From Ylistrum balloti (Eukaryota), in the NCBI RefSeq assembly GCF_031769215.1, contig NW_026782164.1, positions 372,001-436,000 of the forward strand: DNA of 64,000 bases. Direction: 5' to 3'. The position numbers were made by a program, and so were the translations under genes. The notes under the pieces were generated by a model that was given only the letters and a program-made list of their open reading frames with translations, searched no databases and was not told the origin of the DNA. This document shows, piece by piece, positions 39,511 to 51,310 of this stretch (positions are counted from its first letter, which is position 1; each line of letters opens with the position of its first letter).

Positions 39511-42500
39511 AACAATGCTGGAGTGCTAGTATGGCTGCAAGTTATAAATATATGTTTAGAGTGATTGTGTTACATAGTGTCTATGATAGTTAAGATATAG
39601 TGTGCAACTCAAAATGCTGTGTGTTTAGTGGTGAAAATGATGCATGTCTATACTCTGTAAGTGTGTGACGATGGGAGTTATAGACTGATAGTATATATGA
39701 ATCTATTTATTCCTCATGTGTTTTTCGATAAATAAAAAATAAACAAATATAGATAAATAAATAAAAATAAAATTGATATTATCCCTGTTAATAATTAACA
39801 TTTAAAATTACTTTTGCTAAATGATTCTCTTGGCATGTTTAAATGGGTTAAAATTTCCCTTGCACCGGTTGCAGTGCGCTTCCATAAAATTCTACGCTTC
39901 CATAAAATACGATACTACGCGATCTCTAAAAACTACAGCTCAAGCACCATTTCATCAATTAAATAATATTAATATAATACAAAAAGAACTATTACTTACG
40001 CACAAGAACTCACCACAGTTCCCCTGTAAGCAATTTCTTTCCGTGAGGTGCGCGTAATACCCGCCATGCTTACATAAAAATAAAATCAAGTAGGAAAGCT
40101 CCGTGCGGGGAGGTAACTCTGCACGAACGTCAAAAATATTCTGATATGTCTGATTTAGATGTAATTTGAAGTCTCACAAATATTATCAGTTTATTATCAA
40201 ACTATATCATTCTACATAGCATTATGACATGTTTACTCCTAACCTCTAAAAATTTTACTTACAATATGTTTGGAAAGAGGGGGATATAAATTCCATGAGG
40301 CTGCCTGTTATCATTTGTATATAAGATTCTGGTATTGTTTTATAGTCATCTTTCAACGCAAACATCCGATCTTTACTTTTAAATGCATTTTATTTTTAAC
40401 GCAAACCGTATTTATAACAATATATAAAAAAGAACTTCAATTCAGCCGTCTGAACCTGACCTTTGTCTAGGAAACAAAAGACATGGTTTCCAACAATATT
40501 GCCATACAATTATATTTTTTACTGTATATCAGACTTCAGAATATTTTATCTGCAATAACATAGTCCCGTTACATGTCACAATATTTGCGCCTGTAGCGTA
40601 GACAGCAGATTTTAAAGGGTTCAAATTACAGGTGTTTCAAATTCTTTGACCAGGAAACGTCTTGTTACAAGAAGAAAGTTCATTACGTGCCTGTCAATAT
40701 TCATTAAATTTTACAGACATATAACAACTATATACACCTAGAGTTCAACGGGTATGAAACTTGCCGCTGTGATCTTGATCTAAAATAACCTTGTTTCAAT
40801 CAGTGTGATTACGTACTTGACAGCTAGATCATTTTGTTTAAGACCTTAAATAATTTTTGTACTGAAATCTTAAAGTCCATAACGGCCACATACCTATACA
40901 TACCACACATTTATTTATGGTAACATCAAAAATACTTCACTCATGTTGTATTTTGTAAATACCACACTGCTTGGAAAATTAGGAATTTTATTCTAATTTT
41001 TACTGAATATTACTACAAGAAAACGAGGGAAAAGAAACAGATGGAGCTGTATGTATTTTGGTTGAAAATAAATAACAATTTGGGTTATTTTTCCAAATCT
41101 TAAATAGCGGGGGATGTTCACGTGCATGTACTGGTACCGACTGTATGAGTACTAGTTGAGCTACAACAGAATGTGTGCAAGGCATCCCGATGCACTTGAG
41201 AAAGAGATCCATCTGTTAATTTTCAGTAAAAGTGAAATAATGACATCTCTTTTAACTAGTATATTTCTTCATAGAACTATGTCGTCAGTTGTTGCCGAGT
41301 GAACTCAGCATCCGAGAGAATGCCAATGAGGATTCACTTCACACTGAATGACAATTTTAAAATCAAAATACGACTTAATTTTTGCATCATAATTATTAAT
41401 CATAATTTATATACCAAATCTATGAAGAGTCTTTCATTCCACTTGCCTACAATATTATCGACAACAAAAGGGGGAAAGGGGCTCTAAAATATGTTCATAA
41501 TCCACTAGAAACACTTCTAACACAGGCTTTAACTTTAAATTCTTATACAAATTTAGGCAAGTGAAATATCTGTTAATTATTATGTTATCAATCAGTGTTA
41601 GTGTACATACATGTAGATGAGTACACCTTTAATTCAAGTACCCAAAGTTACATCCAATTTAGGTCTGTCTAAAAGTGTCACTGAATGTTAATCAACAAAC
41701 ACTATTTACTATCAACTTTTTTTTTATTGAAGAAAAAAAAAAACAAGTGCATCTACTCAACATAAGCGTGGTAACACAAATACTTGTATATTAACATTGT
41801 ATACATTGTGATGTGAAAAGATTTATAATACATTTATACTAGGAAGCCACTGCTGTGCATAACAAAGATAGAGGTTTTGAAGTTGTGTAGAATTATATGG
41901 AAATCTTTTAACACATCTACCTGCAGCAATAGTGATCTTGATTGTACACAGAAACATGTCAAACCTGTTAAACTAGATAAGGTTCATTCACACTTCATGT
42001 TCCCTCACAAGAGCAATTCTAGCGATTCAAACTTATGTAGATATGAAGGCATTTTGGTTTGTACCAGTTATCAGAGAAAGTACATTTCCAGTAAACCTAT
42101 GTTGAAACCTATATATGTCTATAACAAACAATTCCATCCCACCTGCTCTTTTGAAAATGGTTATTCAAACATGATACTGAAAGTTGATCAAAGTCATTCA
42201 CTCGACCAAATTTTAAATGAACCAGTATACCAATTGATTATCTATATATTAAAAATCATAATATATGTATGAATCTCATGCTAAATAGTCTTCGGTTGAC
42301 TCATTTTTGTTTGCTGCATTCCTTTCAGACAAATTTGATTGTGATCATGAATACAGGTTAATGCTGTCAATCAAATGATTATATAGGTACTATCTCTTGA
42401 CAACTGCTGTCAAAATTTGACCAGGATGTTGTGAAATTACAGGTTACGACAAAAGGGTTTAAACCATATCTGGTTTGAATATCTTAACCCAGTTACATTG

Positions 42501-44109
42501 TACTTAAAACACAGACCAGCCATTTATTTAAAGTTGACAGGCTTTACCCTAAATACAAATTGCTGGATACATACAGAATCCTTACGCCATGTCTCATATC
42601 TCAGTAAAACAGGTCCAAAACTTAATGTCCTATAACCATTGTAAAGTTTGTAAAAATAACACTGACACATTTAAAGTAAACAAGCTTATATACATTGATG
42701 CACCATGCCCACAAGTAGCAAAATTGTAGCTACGCAAATAATGACAAACGGTCGAGGCAGGTGAAGCGTGATTGTTGCACATACATTTAAATGTGTTAAA
42801 ACACTGGAAGAAGACTAGAAGACTGTCTGCATGTTAAAAGAAATCGTTATCACAAATTTCCTTTCCACAATATCACAAAAGGGAATCCCAACCTTGACAC
42901 CTTTCAGTCTAACTAAAACTAAACTTGTAATTTTCACTCTATACAATCCACTGTAGTTTATATTGTAGCATATCAATGAGAATTGCAGAGAAATGAAAAT
43001 TGAAATTCTATCCTTAATAAGAGACTGCTTTCCTGTATTGTTAAACGTGCTAACTTGTCTTTTCTGTAGTCTGTCTTGCATTTTCAATAAACATTTTGCA
43101 TTAACAGACATCTTAGTGAAACTGATGACATGTTAAATTGTCTTTAAGAGGCTTAATTCACAAGGAAAATAATTTTGTTGAATAGAAGACTTTCAAAATA
43201 ATAGCTCTTACTTTTTTCATTCATATCTCTGACACAAATACCAGGTAAGTGTTTTTTAGATATATAGATTTTTCTTAATCCCAGCCTGGTATTCTTAACA
43301 TCTCAATGTAAGATTTTCTTATTGGGTATCTGCACTACACCAAGATAAATAAACGACTCAAGCATGATGACAACATATTCTATCAACATATGACAAAATG
43401 TGTACCACACAAAGGGGTGTGTACAGTTGTGTAATATTAGCCAGTGCTTTCAGCAACATCTGATAAAGACATATTCACATGATATAAATATATTATGCAC
43501 GAGTTCAGGAAAAAGTTGTAATTTTCCCAAATTAATTTCATATATTCTTCTACAAAACTTCAATAAACTATGAGCTGCAAACAAAAAGACTGAAAATTGT
43601 AAAATGACCTTACATTACAGTGTTGTCATATGGCACTATCATATTCTGAACCTGCTGTTTCACTCCCAATGAAAAAGGAGGTCCACTTTGATTTTATCCT
43701 GAAGTCAAACATTTAATCCCTTGCTATCAGCAATGTCAAACAAAAGGTTGTGTAATGCATGGCACATTAGAATAATTGAATACTATATTATGGCCCACAA
43801 GGAATGTATTTTATAAGTACATCAGTTTAAATCACAGTTCCTGTATTAGATAACATTGCCCAAGTGTTTATTGGTCATCTGTTTTTGTTACTAATTTACA
43901 ATTTCCAATTTAGTTTTCAAAGGGCATGGAAGATTCTTTCAATTTATCAAAAATTGTAAATTTATTCCGTGAACTGAAACACATGAAATTGAATATTGGT
44001 TACAAATCTACCACAGCCAAAATATGACAGTAAGAGATCACTTGACACTTTATCTTCAAAGAATGAAAAACAAAACTTTAGTAATAACAAATATTCACAA
44101 AACAAAAAT

Positions 44110-45279
44110 TCAACAGTTTTTTTGAAGTGTCTGTTCAGTCTCTGGTGAAACCATTGCAACATTATTTGCAATTCTTGTAAGCAATGGTTGTATCTTATCT
44201 TCATCTAGGTCACTGATCCACAACTCTTTCAAATACTTGTCCATGTAATTTTTCTGACTAGTTATTTCCTCTGCTTTCATGTCAGTGTAGACGACTTGAA
44301 TGAATAGAACATCCTTATAAGGAGCATTATCACCATCACAGAAGCCATGAAGAAGAAGTGCTGCAAATGGTGTTAAGGATTCAAAATTATCCAGAATCAC
44401 ACCTTTTCCTTGTGACTGTCCAAAAATATAATGAAGCTTGTTATCTAACTCCTTTTTTTCTACTGCAGGACTCTCATGACTGAGATCTCTTGTTATATGT
44501 ATGTGTGACCCCTGGCTCCCATGGGATCTGTTAAACAGGCCAGAATATAGAGTAAGTAACTGTTTAGCTAAGCATTCTGCAGTGCGTGACTCTCCATCCT
44601 GGTTTTTTGGGACAACCATCATAAATACAGCAGGAGCTGCAGGGTTTGTCTCCACTATCATGGGTCGGAGCAATCCAAAGATTGTCCTCCAAAAGATTCT
44701 CTCTTGTCCAGGAAATTTCATCTTCAAATCCTTAAATCTTCTCTGAAAATGGTCAAAAGAAATTTTTGTGTTTCCTTCTGGAGTCAAGTTTCCACGAATG
44801 TTATCAGTATTGTTGAAGAAATGACAATTACTGTATATGCCAAACAAAACCATTACAATGGCCAGGACAATAAATGCATATGAGTGGAATGAACGCTCTC
44901 CTGAACTAGATTTTTTACTTGCTTCCTGTGTAGAATGTTCAGCTTTCTTACTTTTACATGGTGATGGACTTCTTTCAAAACTTGAATTACTGGAAAATCC
45001 ATGGTCTGACTGTGAACTGCCAACTGGGGAACATGTTTTGGGTGATTTTCGTGGAGGTGATTGTCCATCCTCAGAAAGTTTTGAAATATTTCGAGCATCA
45101 GGTGAAGTTGATTCTTTCCTTTGAGGAGACGAGTCTATTTCATCACCTGAAAAGTCTATTTCATTATCATTTTCTTTTTTATCATTTTTCCGGATTGGTT
45201 TTCTTGGTGATGGCCCTTTTGAGGGAGCATTTTTGCGTAAGTTGTATGGTGAACCACCGACTTTATTAACCTCGGCCAT
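44110..45279 (-). CDS. TOR1AIP: Torsin-1A-interacting protein (LAP1/LULL1 family), 389 aa from the ATG at 45279, single coding exon
   Basis: Ser/Pro/basic disordered N-terminus and one TM segment (YAFIVLAIVMVLFGIYS). The luminal domain has FPGQERIFW, AECLAKQL, LLHGFCDGDNAPYKD and C-terminal LLTRIAN, matching the LAP1C fold with its Arg finger. A splice acceptor at about 45319 lies upstream of the ATG. Confidence 0.88.
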   Translation of the reverse strand: MAEVNKVGGSPYNLRKNAPSKGPSPRKPIRKNDKKENDNEIDFSGDEIDSSPQRKESTSPDARNISKLSEDGQSPPRKSPKTCSPVGSSQSDHGFSSNSSFERSPSPCKSKKAEHSTQEASKKSSSGERSFHSYAFIVLAIVMVLFGIYSNCHFFNNTDNIRGNLTPEGNTKISFDHFQRRFKDLKMKFPGQERIFWRTIFGLLRPMIVETNPAAPAVFMMVVPKNQDGESRTAECLAKQLLTLYSGLFNRSHGSQGSHIHITRDLSHESPAVEKKELDNKLHYIFGQSQGKGVILDNFESLTPFAALLLHGFCDGDNAPYKDVLFIQVVYTDMKAEEITSQKNYMDKYLKELWISDLDEDKIQPLLTRIANNVAMVSPETEQTLQKNC

Positions 45280-46470
45280 GGGTAATAATCTCAACAGCTT
45301 GGTAGATGCCTTCAGTACCTAAAGTGTAAATAAACAATGAAAAAATAGCAATGGATAATGATTATTATTACAACTTCAAATCAACATAAATTCTTTAAGT
45401 TAAATATTCTAACTTCGTCTTTATGATCACTATAGGAAATTATAGTCTGAATTATTCTGATATTCTATGAATAAATTTAAATCAGAAACAATGAAATCCA
45501 GACTTATATTAAACAAAATATTGACGAACATCACAATAACTTGGACTACTCCATGCCATGGTGATCGAGCCTACACAACTGTACTGTTTGAAAGAAATCT
45601 GTTAAAAAAGTGAGATTTACACAAAAGAAAACAGCCTTGTTGTCATTATTTATTGATTCTGATCGTGTTTACTTCCAGCTGTTTGCTGAAATGTCTACAG
45701 AAAATGCTTAGGGAGATAGATAGGCCTTACTAGGAGTCGATATGAACATTAAAATATCGTTCCTGTATATGACGTAAAATACTGTACAAATTAAACAGAC
45801 TTTGAAAAATACCATCACATAAGTAAGACCACCTATATAATATTACGAATGAGTTCGTATTACATCAAGTTAAAAATGAAAACGCTAATTCAATTCGTAC
45901 ACGTTCGCATACTGGGAAAACGAGGCAAAAACGAAAGTAACCGAAAAACAATTCCGATGTTCAACATAGGGTAATATACGTGATGCCTCTCAAAAAACAC
46001 TATGTTATTATTTGTGGCCAAACTTTGTAAATAATACAGAATCACACACTGAACATCAGTTTTATCTTACGTTATTTTCCTTGAAGTAAACAGTTTGGTA
46101 GTTGATAAACGTTGCCTACCTTTGCACTTCGGCTACCGGAACCGCGGTAATATTTATACGACTAATAAATAAACCGGAATTAATTTCCGGATTTTTCTTC
46201 AATAAAGATATTGGATAATGTAAGCTCTATTCTTTTATCTTTTAATTTTCAATTGAGAATACGATACATGTAAGCTCTATTTCAGTGCAAAGTGGAGTCG
46301 ATCTGTTTTAATGTTATAACGGCCCTTGATGTAATATAGGAAGTTACGGAATGTAAAATGTTTCGGAGCATTTCATCATCATTTTGGATGTGTTCTATAT
46401 ATAGATTTATGTATTTCACCATCACATCACTGAAAGCGTTTTTAGGTTTTGTTGGGATATTTTAAAATAA

Positions 46471-46527
46471 GGCCGCGTGGCCAAACTGGATATTTTAAAA
46501 TTGCGAGTTCGAATCTCGTCGTGGTCA
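46471..46527 (+). pseudogene. tRNA-Arg-derived copy lacking the anticodon arm
   Basis: GGCCGCGTGGCCAAACTGGATA-TTTTAA-AATTGCGAGTTCGAATCTCGTCGTGGTCA. The 5' and 3' parts match the tRNA at 49385, the anticodon arm is absent, and a T6 run follows. Confidence 0.8.
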
Positions 46528-49384
46528 TATGACTTTTTTCTACGTCAAGTAGAAACCGGTCGCCTCATGGACGACGGGAGACAACTCTTACTTAATTGGC
46601 AAATCTGAACCACTTTTGTCAATGATTTCGATATCAGAAATACGTACATTCTGTCATGGTGGAACATTTAACAAATTACAGCTCCATCAGGTCATGACTA
46701 ATAACAGAAAATATGTAACGGTTGTTATTATACAGAAGACGTTGCAGTTCGGCATACAGATAAACACAGCTTATCTTTAAAAGCTAGAACTTAAATCAAG
46801 CTGGTTTGGATTCGTCGGACGTCGAAAAAAGTCAAATGACTACGACGACAGTACCAACATACACTGTATAGTTGCTGTTATTTATAGGATGATTAGGAGC
46901 TTTATCGCTTTCTAAACCTGGTAGTTATGTACAGTATATGCATTTTGTAAAGTAAGCCTACATTTTTCTCCTATGATTTTTAACGTCGCCCATCTTTCTT
47001 CAGATATAGAGATTGGGTGATTTCCAGCCTACTAGCAATCCAGTTTCCACTCGAGTAACTTCCAGTTAAACTTTTTCTTGTCGATCATTGGGGCTTTTTA
47101 GAACAAACATTCCAAAGCTCACATTCACATTCCATCAAAAGAAAAACGTAAAGAGGAATATTTTACACAAAACTTTTCTGTTTACTAGAAATCTTTATTA
47201 TCTTCAAAAAATATTTATCCTTTTTGAAGCACTTTTGTAAACATTTCCGTGTGAAAATTTAGCATTTGTCTTAAAAGTGACTAACATAACCTGTTGCAAG
47301 GGTATTCTGAGGACTCCCAAGACCACTTTTATTTCCGAATGGGTCATTTGTATGGATGCCAAGGAAGAAATTAGATCTTGAATAAAAAAAAAATGGAACT
47401 CAAGCATTACTGTCATCTAGGTATCGTATAGAAAAAGTAAATAGATAAATAGAAATAATAATGATAATAGAAATAATAAAATAAATTAATAAAAATAAAA
47501 GCTTAACCTGCCAAAAATCACAGTTTAAAAAATCCACAACTTTCAAGATCAAATAATGGAGGAATTTCATTGGATTTACCACTTGTTTCGATCAAAAGCC
47601 TCCGCAGTGTTATAAGACTTAAGATCTGATACTATAGACTTATCTATAAGACTAGATCAGCATAAAATTATTTTTTTTACTTTTTCATTTTATTTGTTCT
47701 ATTTATAATTCTTTAATACAAGTAATAGGATTTTTTTGTAATTTAGACGTCATCCGCGACTTGTCATTAGTTCCAGTAACTATATATATATTTTTTAAAG
47801 ATACGTGGACTTACCATCGATTTAAATGTATTAATAAACTTTACACATGATTCCTTAAACATTTTATCCCATGAAACACTCTCAATTTACTTACGTATTC
47901 CATTAAAATCTGCATGGGTATAGCACCATAACTCACGCGTAAGGAAAAAGTTATACTTAAAACTTCTATATACACTAAACCTTCTTCATGATCACTGATA
48001 TTCCTTTCTATAGGTAAATATGACGATTCTATATGTTTTATCTGTTCTGAACGATAGGATCAATTAGACGTGCGCCATAATTGGTTATTCTTGTTGGAGA
48101 ATTCATAATACATGTATTTCCCAAAACCAAAGCTTGATAAAACATCAGGAAAAAGTGCGATCTAAAAACAATCAGCATTTCTACATTTATGTCACCTAAT
48201 ATGTGTGTAACTATATCAGTTGATGACCCACGGTTTTCGTACTGACATACGAAATCTTTCCCAAAAAGGTTAGTCACATTTGCAGGTCTATCCTTGACGA
48301 ATATATTCTTAATCTAAACGTTTAGTAGCTTTTATTTGGGACGATACGAAAATCAAAATGCCACCACCAGCAATATTTCTGTCGACTGAGTAAGGTTTGT
48401 TGAGACAGTGTAAATCTGAATCATGACCGAGTAGATTTTCACCGAGATAGGTTTCACTTAACGGCATAGCATAGTAATCATTAGCTATATCACAGTATAA
48501 TCTGTAATTTTCTATCTAAAACTACAAAGGTTCGATATCCATGCATATAAGTGATACTGTTGAAACAAAAACTTTTGGTATATATATGTGTTACTGCTAA
48601 GATAGCTTTGAGAGGACACTACCCGTAGTTTAACTAATTATGATATAAGGTATTTAAAGGATTACCTGTAACCGGGGTACGATATATATATATATATACA
48701 TACACATGTATATAAATATGTGTGTTATTATGAATCGTGTATATAATCTCGGGTTTAGTTCATATTAAGTAAACTTCTCACCTGTGTATGGCGTTGCGAT
48801 ATAGTTATATATACATATAATATATATATACATACATACATATACGTTTTTGTTTACTTTTACTTTTAATTTTGTGCAGAAGACCATATCATCTCACTTT
48901 GTGAAAATTTACACATATTTGTTTGTTAATAAATGGTGTGTTAGATACACCCACACGTCTGTAACCCCCTAAATATCAAAATTAAAAAAAAAAAAAAAAT
49001 GATGATTTGATTTATACCACCACATACTTCAAGGCCTATTTAATTTGTTCTTGTCAATTCTTCATAATTTTGTTTATATATTTGATCTGTATCCTACCTA
49101 ATAGCCGTGAAATTAAACACATTTGCATACTGCGTAATAAGTCTTATCTACCATATGTAAAGTAACACAATATCTTTTTTTATCACAGGATTCAACGTGG
49201 CATGCTATAAACTGAGGTTTGACTCATCTCCGTCTTATCATTGTGCAATGGAGTGTGTAAATTATTTCAGAGCATTTCATCATCTTTTTTGGATGTTTTC
49301 TATTTATATACCTACATATATATTGTGTTTCACCATCATATCACATAAAGGCTATTTACATTTAGTTTGAATACAACAGAACAA

Positions 49385-49458
49385 GACCGCGTGGCCAAAC
49401 TGGATAAGGCTCCCGACTTCTGATCGGAGAATTGCGAGTTCGAATCTCGTCGTGGTCT
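49385..49458 (+). tRNA. tRNA-Arg-like gene, anticodon TCT, intronless (possibly a pseudogene)
   Basis: Acceptor stem GACCGCG/CGTGGTC, D stem GCC/GGC, anticodon stem CCCGA/TCGGA (one mismatch) with loop CT-TCT-GA, T arm GCGAG-TTCGAAT-CTCGT, and a downstream TTTTT. Confidence 0.75.
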
Positions 49459-50794
49459 TTATATTCGACTTTTTGTCTGCTTCAGAATTGGACATGCCTC
49501 CTCCGGTTCAACGGGAGACAACTCTCACTCAACTGCCAAACCCAAACCAGCTATGTGTACACTTTAAATATTTCGTGACTAACAAAAAGGAAATAGAGAA
49601 ATGAAAACAATAACGTTTTCAACTGAATCACATCAATATCTGAAATTTAAGAAACAGATTGAATTCTAGTTATGAAGGATAAGTTGTGTTAATCATACAT
49701 ACACATTAACACCGTGTAATATTTTTACAACTTTATTCCAACCTCACAACTTTTCGGCGTCATATTTTTGATGTGACATCAACAAAAAATGAGAATGATA
49801 TGAATTTGAACCAGTCTAATGTAATGCTGTTTTCACGAATGTTAACAAAAGTGGCAACGTTATGTGACAAACTGTATATTTAATTCGTTTCTATTTCAAG
49901 CCATAATTATGATAAAAATCAAATGGAGGCAGTCATTTGGAGGTGCCATTTTCGATTCCTGATGTGAATTGTATTGTTATTGTCTATCGTATGACACCAC
50001 AATCTATTTCAGACTGGCACACCCAACAAAAAACGCTCCAGAGTGTATTACGTTAGTGGCATATGCAAAATATTACTGGTGAACTATGGATAACTTAATC
50101 AATACGGAGGATGTGATTAGAATCTGTATTAACATACACGATCTCTGTCAACAACGTTCGATAGGGCTCGGCGAGATGGTTTCACCAAGTAAGCAAGTTC
50201 CAGGAGAAAATAAAACAGACAGAAAGGAAAAAGGATAAGGTCAGTGGGAAAACTTTATGGATGAAAATGGAAGAAGAGATGATTGTGAACAAGTACAGGT
50301 ATATACGTTTACGAACATGGAAACTGGCTGCTCAGGCAGATTTCCAGGAAAATTGCATGTAATAACATTTAGACAATAATTCTAAGGAGGATCCAGTCAT
50401 GATGTTCTACTAACTTTATCAGCCGTTGTGACTCCAAGAGGAACGATATGGACCAACCTCTGTCAGATCACGACAAACCAGGGCCATGCGTTGTCTTGTT
50501 TTTGTTTGTTGTGCTTTGTTTTTCTGTAGGTTTGAAGAAGTAGCGATGTGTACCACAAAGGCAATGAGAGCGAATAGAGGAAAAAACTTGTCCAAATGTA
50601 TTAAATCAGGCCAGGAAACATGGAAGCAGCTTTATGGTACCAAAAACACTTAAATTGATTTCAATGTCATTCTTAAGAAAGATCAACATCACCTGCAACG
50701 ATAATCTGGAATTCCTTGAAAGAGAACTTAGTATCACTTTCATCAGAGATCCTCACAAGCAAGAACAGGTGTCCGATACCTCCCGAACAGATGA

Positions 50795-51310
50795 TTATCA
50801 TCACCAAGAGAGGTCAACATCACCACCAAGAGAGGTCAACATCATCACCAAGAGAGGTCAACACACCACCAAGGGAGGTCAACATCACCACCAAGAGAGG
50901 TCAACAACACCACCAAGGGAGGTCAACATCACCACCAAGAGAGGTCAACAACACCACCAAGGGAGGTCAACATCACCACCAAGAAAGGTCAACAACACCA
51001 CCAAGAGAGGTCAACAACACCACCAAGAGAGGTCAACAACACCACCAAGGGAGGTCAACAACACCACCAAGGGAGGTCAACATCACCACCATGGGAGGTC
51101 AACATCACCACCAAGAGAGGTCAACAACACCACCAAGAGAGGTCAACAACACCGCCAAGAGAGGTCAACAACACCGCCAAGAGAGGTCAACAACACCACC
51201 AAGGGAGGTCAACATCACCACCAAGAGAGGTCAACAACACCACCAAGAGAGGTCAACAACACCGCCAAGAGAGATCAACATCACCGCTAAATGAGGTCAA
51301 CATCACCTTA
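50795..51310. repeat. 22-bp minisatellite, about 23 copies
   Basis: Unit CACCACCAAG(A/G)GAGGTCAACA(T/A). The T-poor strand explains the overlapping repetitive ORFs at 50634 and 50716. Confidence 0.95.

Noticed and set aside
50634-51294. Two overlapping His/Thr/Pro-rich repeat ORFs
   Set aside because: The 22-bp unit is not a multiple of 3, and the strand is so T-poor that stops are rare in all frames.
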